Assembly (NCBI RefSeq): GCF_009834535.1
Contig: NC_045696.1
Span: 46,440,001 to 46,504,000, forward strand
Reading direction: 5' to 3'
DNA length: 64,000 bases
Origin: Camelus ferus
Taxonomy: Eukaryota
A program made the position numbers and the translations under genes. Within the stretch, counting starts at the first letter, position 1. Every line of letters begins with the position of its first letter. The notes under the pieces are model-generated. The model was not told the DNA's origin. It made no database searches and worked only from the letters and a program-made list of their open reading frames with translations. Of this stretch, positions 53,706-64,000 are shown piece by piece.

Positions 53706-56700
53706 GAAAGGAAAAGATAAAAAGCATATTTTGTATACATGAAAATTCCATTTTCAGTAGTAAACCCATAGATCTTCCCTTACAATAAAAGTGTGGTTTA
53801 CTAAATTCAAAGTAAATTTCTGAGAAGTGTTCATTGTTTTTATTACACAGCATTCTTTTTGACTTTGTACATCCTAAAGATTAGGCATAACATATTAAAA
53901 TGGGCATATGATGACTGAATTTCTATGACTATGAACCTATTGTAATTTTTAGATTAAAAAGTAAATGTTTTAAACTGTGTGAAAGATATGTGTTGAAAGA
54001 ATATTGACAAAAGTTGCCGGGACTTGGCACAATTAATAATTTAGCACTTTCAGTTGTCAAGGACAGCCCCCTTTGTCTACTGTTCATATATCAGGTGCTT
54101 ACGATTCCCATTAATCTTTCTGTCCCCAAGGAACTCCTCAGTGTTTCAGCTAGTTCACCTCTTGGCACATGAATGGTTTGGATTGATGTGAAAAGAACCA
54201 GGATTTAAAGTCCCAGATTTGGCCACATTTATTACCTGTCTCAGCTGCATATTGTGGTGTTCAAATTTTCCGGTGTCATAGGCAGAGTTTTGCTCCAGAT
54301 GTGGCTCTTGTGATTCTTAATAAATACAAAAGTAGGGCAAAGGTGGTTGAATCCTAACCAATATGTTAGGAATCTGAATCTCCTACTCTCTGAGAATTTA
54401 ACATTTCCACAATAAAGCATACACTAAATTATTTGTAAGGCAAAAAAATTACTAGGGGCCTCCATGGCCTTGATTTGAAGCTGTTAGAAATGACCTTTTC
54501 TTTTAAGGGAAAAAAAAAAATTCCCATACATTCTCTAAAAAGATGTTGGAAAGTCTTATTTAAATGTTGGAGACTTTATTTTTCCTAACAAAACATATGG
54601 AAAGTATTTAAAATGTCAGTAATTAAAAACAACTTAGTGGGGATATACAAAATTCAAAATTGTATTCAATTTTCAAATTATAGAATTCAGTGTTAATTAA
54701 TGGTGGAAGGGTTGGCGTAGACTATGAGAAAAGCAATGTAGGAAAGAGATATACAAAACAGCTGTTGCCATTTTTTTAACCCACCTATACAGGTAAGAAA
54801 TTGTCACCAATGTAAAGGCTGTGTCAGGGGCTTTGAAAGCTGACTTATTGTGTCTTTATCTACCTGCTAGGAGGTGAGACGGGGGAGTGGAGGCCTATGT
54901 AAAGGAGAGGAGGGACTCTGCAATACAGCCTGGTCTCAGCTGGAGTTACTGAAGTAAAATCATAGCAGAGAGTGGTAATCATGGGCCTTCAAGGTCGTCT
55001 AGACCAACCTTTTGACACCCAAAGACCTTTCACAGTTTTTCTACTTCATCAATTGCTTATTTTGTCCTTGAGCAGGTCTAGTATTGAATCTTTCTCTTTT
55101 TGTGAAGTGAAAACCAGGACTAGATGCTGGGCATCCTTACTCTTAATCTGGTTCTGTTATTGGGCCCATGGTTCCCGTCTTTTCTCTACTCAAAAACTCT
55201 ACAAGCAAGAGGAAAAATGCGTATGAGAAGCATGAAAATGTTACGACACTTTACGCCTGTCTCAGGTCATCATTGACCAGTTTCTATGTGAATGTCAACA
55301 AAATCCCAGTTTAATTCTCCCTTAAGCATTGCTTTCCCATAAAGTCCCAGCCAATTATTAAATCAAGCCTGAGGTTTCAGGAATGGCCAGCCACCTGACT
55401 TCTTTCCAACTTCCTCATCCTGTGGAAAGCTGCAGCCGCTACTCCAGCCGCTACTCTTAAATAACAACACAACAAGGATCTGAGTAGTTCTTTTCAGGAA
55501 TTTTTCAAAGGACTATTTTTGCTGATCCCCAGAGTAAGAGAAGCCAGGTCAGAGTTGGCAGAGTTTGCAGTGACAGGAAAATCCCACAACCTGGCATTCA
55601 CCCTTGGCATTTCCTCAGTAATGTGTGGTAAGTTTAGCCACTAGTTATAACGGTTAACAGTGGGATGAACTGAGATCATCAAAGTGAATGGAGAATAATG
55701 TCTTATTATTGTGTACTGTCTGCTCCCAAATTGGACCATATTTGTTGGCACTCTATTGCATGCTGTCTGGTTCCCAAATTATTTCTTTACTATATAGATC
55801 TTATCTCACCAGGTGTTTTATTGGTCCAACTCATGTTTTATAATCAGTGTCATCTCTCTTAATGCTAGTCCATTAATAGGTCCTTATAAGGTTGATTTGG
55901 AATCAGGAGGTCTCCCTAGAGGAGCTATGTAAGAGCTGTAGGAGGAATTTGCCCACTTCTCAAAAACAGATTTGGTTGTCACCGAATCCAGACAGCTGCA
56001 AGCAGAATTCTTTGACTCCTCAATGAACCTTACCCTCCAGTTTGAGAAATGCTATAATGCGATATAAATAATACATCTGATATTAGCTGTTAGAGTGTGA
56101 CTCTTGGTACACATCAGACAATGACAGGTTTTTTTTTTCCCCCTAAAATTAGGCAAGTATGCTCAATCAAGATAGAGCATATTTTATTTACTCCCGTTGG
56201 TTTTTTTCAAATTCTTACCCCAACTTACTTTTATTATCAAACTGTTATGTTATTACATATTTTATAATCCAGAAAATAACTTGGGCATATGTAAGGGCTT
56301 TTTTTTGTATTAAATATGTTCTGAATTTTTGTTTATACTTAAAAATATTTGCAACAAACACAGGAAGTTGTATGTTGCTCTGGGATTATATGGCAGATTT
56401 GTAGTACCCTTCCCTTACATGTTGTGTTGCTCATGGGAATGACAAGCTTTCATGATGTGTATTAAGCTATAACCTGCCTATTGTCTTCAATGTAGAATGC
56501 TGAACTGAGAAATCAAGTTGTTTGTTCCACCCTGCCTCTCAGAATAATTAACTGGAGATGCACATGCTCTCCATCAATAAAGCATATTTGTTTTGAAAGA
56601 CACAACCCTCATGGGCTGTCAGTCATAACAACTTCAGAGAGCATGTTAGGAGCTGCAACATCAATATTTACAAAATGCAAAGTGAAGAAAAGTACACTGA

Positions 56701-56949
56701 GTCACAGATACATATGCTTTGTTATTCCCCTATTCCCTCCCTCCCCGATGTATATAGTATGTCTAAATCCATGTGAAGCACTATTTTGAGATATGAATGG
56801 AAATTTGGGAATCCTCCAGCTTAAAGTAAAGTCTAAGAGACTAAAAAAATTGCAGAAAAAAAGGCTTGTAAAATGGAACTACTTTTCCTCCCAAAATAAA
56901 TGTATTGATTAAAAACTAAAATCAGTGATTCAGTTAGGAGGAAGAAAGT

Positions 56950-57160
56950 AACTGTGCTTTGGGATTAAAGTCCAGAGCCTTTAGACTGTGTCCTGATTCT
57001 CCCCCTACCCCTCTTCCCTCCCAGTGACATTGGAAAGATTATGTAAATCTCTTTGAGGCTTCTCTTACTCAGCTGTAAAATGGGATTAATTATACCCGTT
57101 TCATGGGATTGAGTAATATTAAATAAATTAACGTATGCAATAAGTGCTTTTTAAGTTATA
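56950..57160 (+). mobile_element. MIR SINE
   Basis: gtgacattggaaagattatgtaaatctctttgagg...ctcagctgtaaaatgggattaat. Confidence 0.7.
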
Positions 57161-57813
57161 ACATGGTACCTAATTGGAAAGTAGTGATTAAAGTAGCCCA
57201 GGTTTTTATAGCAGTATTGATTTTTCCTATTAGAAATTATATTTAGAACTTATTAGTGAAATGTACCCAAATTTCTATTACAAAGAGCTTTATTATAAAA
57301 ATCAAAACAGAATTTCTTAGATATGTCAGCAAAATAGCTTCCATCTTTGAAAAAGAAGGTGAGAGAACAAATAGTGTGGGCCTGTGGGTAGCACTGTAAC
57401 CCGTTGTTGGCATTAACTCTTGTGTGTAAGTGAGAGCAATCCCCCCTGCTCGCCCTCTCTGCGTAATGCTCTTGTGCAAATATGGAAACACTTGGTTAGA
57501 TACTTGTTGCAAAGTACTGTGGAGATGCTAGCTAAAAAGGAACTGAATTAATGAAAAATGGTCTCAGTAGAGTTAAGAGTCTTAATTGAGGGGAAAAATG
57601 ATACTAAATTTGAAAATTCCTGGATTTAACTCAATACTTGGAAGACTGCTTCTCCCTAAAATCAGCAAATGCCATGCGTTTATGATATAGAAAAGCGTCT
57701 TAAGTGATTTTCCAGGTTTATTTGGTTTATAATTCTTTATGGAGGAGCTTTGCTCTCTTTATACTATAAAGCATTTCCTTTGTGTTTGAACAGGATGCTA
57801 GAAGGTAAAAATT

Positions 57814-57832
57814 CGGCCAGCAGAGGGAGCAG
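57814..57832 (+). promoter_or_regulatory. CTCF-like motif
   Basis: CGGCCAGCAGAGGGAGCAG, one deviation from the core consensus, in otherwise AT-rich unique sequence. Confidence 0.45.
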
Positions 57833-57976
57833 ATTTATGTAAATTAGGCTTTAAGAAAAATATTATAAGATGCCTCAGTAAACATGTGGATAATGCCTTC
57901 TCATACTGTGCTTTGAGAGAAAAATGGAAGGAAGGAGGAATGAGTTTAGGGTTGTACTGAAACTTCTAGCTATTTA

Positions 57977-58147
57977 AAAAAATTTTTTATTATTATTTTT
58001 AATTTGGGGGGGTAATTAGGCTTGCTTACTCATTTTTATTTGTTTATTTGTTTATTTATTCACTGGAGGTATTGGGGATTGAACCCAGAACCTCGTGCAT
58101 GCTAAGCATGCGCTCTACCACTGAGCTATACTTGTCTCCCCACCTTG
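57977..58147 (-). mobile_element. tRNA-Ala-derived camelid SINE (Vic-1-like)
   Basis: Reverse complement GTATAGCTCAGTGGTAGAGCGCATGCTTAGCATGCACGAGGTTCTGGGTTCAATCCCC (tRNA-Ala AGC-like); TSD tctagctattta at 57965-57976 and 58148-58159. Confidence 0.92.
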
Positions 58148-59544
58148 TCTAGCTATTTATATTCTCACTTTGGTAGTTTTTAAAATGGACAAGAAAAACA
58201 AGCAAATGGTATACAAATAGGAACTTGTTAATTCTATGAAATGAAGAACTTTTTAAAACAAATGTCATGAATTTAATACATTTAGTAAATTTTAAAAAAG
58301 CTTTCAGTACTTGGCATTGAAATTAAAGCACATTCAGACGAAACACTTTAAAGGAGTATAACAGCTGAAAGAATACAAATGGAATGGTCAGGGCTCTGAA
58401 CAGGGCACTGTTATGACTCTGAATCAGCAAATAAGCGCTTTTGTATCATGTGTATTAAGTCAGAAAATTGGAATGTATTTAAGAAAAAATTTTAACCAAG
58501 TGTGAAGCAAGTATAAAACAAACTGTTTTCTGCTTAACTCTAGTTAAACAGAAGCTATAAATGTATCACAGCTCCCTGTGTATTCTAATTAATTTCCTTG
58601 GCAAATGTGCGGTCTGATATAAAATCATTTAGTTAATGCATTTTCAAGCACTTTTTATTAAATACATAATATATTCAAGGCAGTATTCCAAGCATTTGGG
58701 AATATAAAGATAAGCAACATCCCACCGTCTTAAAATGTATAATTCAGTAAATGACAAGTTAACTCAATCCTAGTATGCCAAGGTGTAAAGCAAGTGGGCG
58801 TTTCAGAAACTAGGATAAGCTACTTCAATAAACACTAAAACTGCTAAAATAAGAAATATCAATTCTTCTTTATGTTGTGGAAAAAATAAAGACTTTTGTG
58901 GCCATTAAAACTGAGAAGTTTTGCTTTATTTAAGAACTAAATTTAACACATAATTTGCCATCTTTTTAGAGTACGAAACAGTAGCTTGGGAAAAAGAGAT
59001 TTCCAAGTAAAGGTATCATAGATTATTGTTTCTTAACTGGAACCATTGTCTCTGGCTTTGTTTTTTTAAGTTGTAATTAAAGATCAGGATGGTGAAAGCC
59101 ATTCAGATCTTTTTATTAGTTTAAATTTTTTTTAAGTTAATGTAAATGAAAAAATAATTTTAAAAACTTGGTCATTTTAGGTGGGGTTTAATATATTTAA
59201 TTTTTAAAGATACGTGCGATCACTCTTCCATTTTAAAAGGCTGTATGTAAACTGGTTCACAGAAGATTATTATTTGTTCAGTGATGGGCACATGAGAAAA
59301 GGGAATAGTTAATTATTTCTCTTGTGAGGTCAAGATTATTCATTGAGTCGTTTTGACATTTGCTGCATAGAAACTAATATTTTCAAACACATAAAATTGC
59401 CAGGTGTTTTGGTTGGTAGTTTGAGTAGCTATTTGAAGTTGGTGCAAGGAATTTCTGAGATGGAGGGTCACAGAGCAGGAAGAAAAAGCAGGGCATGGTG
59501 ACAGTGGAGCAGAAGCAGTGGCAAATGAGGAGCAGACCTGGAGC

Positions 59545-60260
59545 TTTTCACCCAACAAATATTGGCCCACAGTGGGCCCAGCTCCGTGTCAGGCCTTGCA
59601 AATACCATGGTGAACATTATACAGCTTCCTGCTCTCTCAAAGCCAAGTGGATATGAAGAGGGAAGCGTGCCATTTCATTGTGACTACTGAACATATGGTG
59701 CTGTGGGGGCACCTAGGAAGCACCTCTCTCTCGGACTAGAAGGAGCCAACAAGGGCTGAAGTGAGATCCATGCTCTGCTCTGAAGCAGGGATGAGGGTTC
59801 CGCTGCGAGGAGACAGCAGCACAGAGGTCAAGGGGTGAGAGTCCGTGGTGAGTTCTAGGTGATGGCACGTGGCTCAGTGCAGGCAGAGCTTTAAGAGTGC
59901 GAATGAAGCAAAGAAATGTGATCCGTAAAAGTAGGTAGGGATGAGGTCAGGAGGAGTCTTGTGCTGTATGAAGGAAGTGGCTTGGGCTTCTTCCTGAGTA
60001 CACTGAAGGGCTATTAAAGAGACTCACGCAGGAGAAGGACATGAGCAGGTATCTGTGGGGTGGAGAACTGAAGTCAGCTCAGCTGTAGATAAGAAGACCA
60101 GGCTGCTGAGCCAGCGTGGGGGATGGAGAGGAGTGGACCATAAATGTAAGAGGTAGAAGGGACAGAACTTGGTGAGAGATTAGATATCGGGGCAAGAAGC
60201 CAGCTGCAATGATTTGAATTTATGGTGAGAAAGTAGAAGAGATATGTATATGCTTTCCAG
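59545..60260 (-). mobile_element. L2 fragment
   Basis: ccaacaaatatt...gtgtcaggcc start followed by purine-rich antisense L2-like body. Confidence 0.6.
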
Positions 60261-60939
60261 ATGTTTCTGTCCAAGGAAGGCATGTCCAGTTCCTAAGCAC
60301 CAGGCAGGCTCTGGCATACTCCCCAGGGTTATGGTGGAGACAGAGGCCTAGCCCAGGCAAGGTGTTTTCTCTGAGAGGCTGGAAATCAAAGATCTAAGTG
60401 TGAATCATGGTGAGGTAGAGAAGCCAGGGCCTGTGACACAGTTGGAATGAGTTGTGATTTCTAGGAAATTAATCCTGGGGTTTAGACCAAGAAGATTAGG
60501 AACCAAGTCAATAAATGAAGTGCAAGGTGGAGCCTGTGAATAGTGTTAGTACCAGGCAGGCCAGTTCTTCTTGGCTGCTAGTGACTTGGGGTTAGGCAGT
60601 CTCCTGGCCTGACGGCTAGAGGCCAGTTTGTACCAAAAAAGAGGACCAGTTAAAGGAGGAGGAGGTTTCAGAGAAGCTTTAGACTTGAGATTGTGTACAG
60701 ACTGGCGGAGAAGGTATTAACGAGAAGGAACTGTTGACAGTTCATCAACGGCCCAGGGTAGGAGGAAAGATGAAAAGCACAGACTGGGAGTGAGAGGAGT
60801 TGAAATGTGAACCTTGAAACTCTGCCTTTGAGAAAAGGCAGAAGAAGAAAAGAAGCAATTTTGAAATTGGTAGGCGAGGTCTACATATGAAGACCACTCT
60901 GTTAACCAGGAGGCAAAGGCATTTTCTTAGAATGACTAG

Positions 60940-61620
60940 GATTGTGGTGGGAAAGACAGTCTGGAGAAGCGTGGGCTCTGGGGACAGAAGACCGTAGGTT
61001 TGAATCCTGGCCCCGCCATGTTGTTTAAGCTTTGTCGTTTTCAGTTGCTTCCTGTTATAGTTATTTTCTCCAAGAGGTATATGGAGGATTAAGGAAATTA
61101 TTGTATATAAAGTGTTTAGCATGTAGCAAATGTTTAATCAAGTTAGTTATTAGAAGGCAATGTTATTATAATGGTCAAGAACTGGATCCTGAAGCCAGAC
61201 CTTCCTGAGTTCAAATACGGGCCCCACCAATTACGAGCTAGCTGTGTGACCTTGGACATTCTATAATGTCCAAATATAATGCATAGTTAATCAGGTGATC
61301 AGTAAATACGTATCCAGCTTCACTGACAGTAAATGAGAAGATTCCATGAGCTCATCTTCTTGTGCCTCAGCTTCTTGCCGATGTGTTAATTACATCTCAC
61401 TCACGTCACAGTACATATAATAAAAACCTTTGTTAACTTATAAACGAAACGTGACAAACTGTATGTTATTTGTGCCACAGTTTTCTCATCTGTAAAAAGC
61501 AGATTAGAATGGTATTAAAATAGTACCTACCTCTTAGGCTTGTGAGTTAAAAGAATTAGTTAAGTTTAAAGCTCTTAGCTTCTGGCACATAGGAAGCAAT
61601 ATATACATAAACATTATATA
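60940..61620 (+). mobile_element. Two adjacent MIRs, the second split by a ~210-bp unidentified insert
   Basis: ggtttgaatcctggccccgcca...gaggattaag; then gctgtgtgaccttggaca [insert] tgtgccacagttttctcatctgtaaaa...atagtacctacctc. Confidence 0.75.
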
Positions 61621-63399
61621 TACATAGAAGCATTTTACACATGTATATAATTACTATTATTACCCTCACTCATCATCATCAATAGGGGTTGAGGAGAAAC
61701 CAATAATAGGCACCATGGGATTGGGTGAGACTAAGACAAGTGAAAAAGACTGCGAACGAGCACTGAAGACAGCCGGAGGTTCTTGTAACAGTGTCAGACC
61801 ACGGGAGCAGCCGGCAACCTGGGGATAGACTAGGGAAGAAAAAATGGTTGGATGAGTTCAGAGCTGGGGTTAATTAACAGACCAGTTATGAAAGGCAAAG
61901 AGAGCTGGTGAGCTGAAGGTACTACATATTCTGTTTTGAGAGAATAGTGAGAGTCATTGACAAATGACCAGAGAAGGAAATAAAGAAAGCTACGAGAACA
62001 TGTTTTCAGACTAGTACTGACAGCTGTTTGGAAGCGACTTAGATTTCATTGTATTTATTATATTGCCTTGTCAATTTGCCTGTTTTTCTTCTCTCTCCTC
62101 CCCTCCTGAGCCTTCTGGGTTCTTGTATTTTCTTCTTTGCATGTTTTCTTTTCAAGCCTTATATCTCTTCTGCCTTCTAGCAAAACAACACAAAGAAAAG
62201 GCATAATAAGAAAGCAGACAAGTATTGTTTCTATGTTCACTTCCTCACGTATTCCCTGTCTAGCACAGGGAAGTTTGCTCTGCAGATCCAGAAAAAAACA
62301 TCTGGCATGTTCTTTACCCTCAAGGGTCTCTGTGGGAGGAATACACACAGAATCATCATACATATATTATACAGAAAAATGATTGTTACACAATCAAGTG
62401 TCCAAAAACATGGCATATCCATTAAATGTGGATGCTCAAAAAAGGTGCCCAGGAAGGAAACAGACAGGAGCTGGGGAAAATAAAGACAGCGTCTCAGAAA
62501 TGGGGGTTCAGAGGGGCTTGCCTAGAAGGTGAGAATGGTATGTGGGGTACAAACTAAAAGAGGGAAATGTGTGATGCTACACTTGTTGAAGAATAAGAAT
62601 GTGGTGACTTTATGATGAAGAATGTAAATGCCACCATGAAATTATGGGCAAACAGAGAGTTGGGCTTTTGTGGGCAAGGGCTGTATGATGGGGAACATGC
62701 TGTAGCCTGTTACTGAATTCTCTGTGTAGTTTTTCTTCCCTAAGCCACTTCCTTTGGTGCCTTATCTCTTTCAGGGTAGCTGTTGTCTCTATCTTTAGCC
62801 TAGAGCTGTGTGCACTTTGAGGACCATGTTAAGCTAAACATCATGGGGTATGTGTTAGAGATCTTCGAATACACATTCCTTCATAGGTAAGGGCACAGGG
62901 ACCAGAACTGCCAGTATAGCTAAGCCCTTTGAATAGTGGGTGTCGTATTAGTATTCATGAGAGCATGTAGATAACATCTTGTCAGAGTTAAAGTTTCAGC
63001 TTGAAGAGCTACTGCTTTTCAATAAGGAGTGCATTTAAAGACACTCTTTGTGTGAATAGAGTGACTGAATTGCTTCTAAAATGAGAGTATTACTTTATTG
63101 AATGAGATATTTTTCATTTAATCTGTCTACAGTTTAGAATTGTCATTAGAATTACAATAAATAGTAATGATTAGCACTCATAGGGCTTTTATCTTCAAAG
63201 AGTTTTAAAGTCAATCTAATCTGTCTCAGCGTCATCCGAGATGTACACTTGCTCTTCTGCCATGAACCCTTGCAAGTGTTCACTTTCCAGCCCCTCAGTG
63301 CTCCTTTAGGTAGTTCCATGGCTCATAAGCTATTTGTTCTATGGGAACTGCCCAGAGAGTTGACAGATGGAAGGCTTTATGTTAGAACAGCTTGTCCTA

Positions 63400-63610
63400 G
63401 GTGAGCATTTGGGCTGTTAAGTTGGGCTTCCTGGTTATAGTGCCAGCTTCTCCGCTGCTGACTGTGTGGCCCTGGGCAAATGACTTAACCCTCAGCTTCT
63501 TCAGCTGAGATGCATCGTAGTACCTGCTTCAGAGAGTTCTTGTAAGGATTAAATGAGATAATGAATACTAAGTATGGGACAAATAGTATTAATAAATATT
63601 AGGTGTGTAT
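63400..63610 (+). mobile_element. MIR SINE
   Basis: tgtgtggccctgggcaaatgacttaacc...tgtaaggattaaatgagataatg. Confidence 0.8.
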
Positions 63611-64000
63611 TAGTGTTGTTTTAAAACTATGCATAGGAACATGTCATTCTGGGAAGTTGTTATATGTGATTAAGTGTAATGTAAGGAAATTTTAAGCCAT
63701 AAGTTACTTTTTCAGGGACTGCTATGTACCAGGCTCCATTTGAGGCCCGGGTGGAAAAAATGTATGAAACCATGACACCTTCTTCCTAGAAGTTCACAAC
63801 CTGTTTTGGGGGTGGGGAGGGCACAGTTAACACAGACCGAAGCAGCATGAAAAGTGCTTGACCAACAATGTCAAGTACGATCAAAGCTCTTAAAAGAAGC
63901 TTTAGAAGGGAAATGGTATGTGACCTGGGCCTTGGAGGGATGATATCCATTTTGACAGAAAATGGGAGAATTTTAGGATGCACAGGTCTTCAAAGTTGGG

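Larger units (their letters stand above)
13240..64000 (+). other. BBX: Large intron of the probable BBX gene, continuing beyond the window
   Basis: Starts at GTAAGA; no BBX-like coding exon (MKGSNRNK... start or HMG box) seen downstream in the sequence or ORF track. Confidence 0.7.

Noticed and set aside
55433..55456. 12-bp tandem duplication cagccgctactc (also a 15-bp repeat near 10918-10952)
   Set aside because: Two-copy slippage-type duplications; no array or spacer structure, not CRISPR-like.
57794..57804. Possible 11-nt microexon (cag|GATGCTAGAAG|gtaaaa)
   Set aside because: Weak donor; such matches are common in 50 kb of intron.
58068..58135. Apparent tRNA-Ala(AGC) gene
   Set aside because: Carries a SINE tail and TSD and has an imperfect acceptor stem; it is a SINE head.
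60745..61122. 125-aa minus-strand ORF
   Set aside because: Runs through an antisense MIR and low-complexity sequence; no protein-like features.

Overview
AT-rich mammalian intronic DNA. Two tRNA-Ala-derived SINEs of the camelid Vic-1 type and the L1 3' ends point to a camelid (alpaca/camel). I found no convincing protein-coding exon; the supplied ORFs look like repeat-derived or chance frames. The one gene feature I recognise is a 74-nt spliced exon at 13166-13239 (+), which matches my recollection of the last fully non-coding 5'UTR exon of BBX (HMG-box factor). On that reading the window covers the end of one large BBX intron, this exon, and about 51 kb of the next intron, with the start-codon exon lying beyond the window. 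The rest is L1, L2, MIR, MaLR LTRs, DNA transposons and microsatellites. Most notable: a two-uORF arrangement in the exon; a candidate cassette exon behind a 139-nt AG-free pyrimidine tract that would rewire those uORFs; a tailless U6 retrocopy with a perfect 17-bp TSD; a TSD-flanked L1 with two internal deletions; a ~140-bp hairpin; a candidate recursive splice site; CTCF and MARE motifs; two CpG-retaining patches. I did not find a clearly novel self-contained biological system. Gene and repeat subfamily names are from memory, not from database searches, and old-repeat boundaries are approximate.
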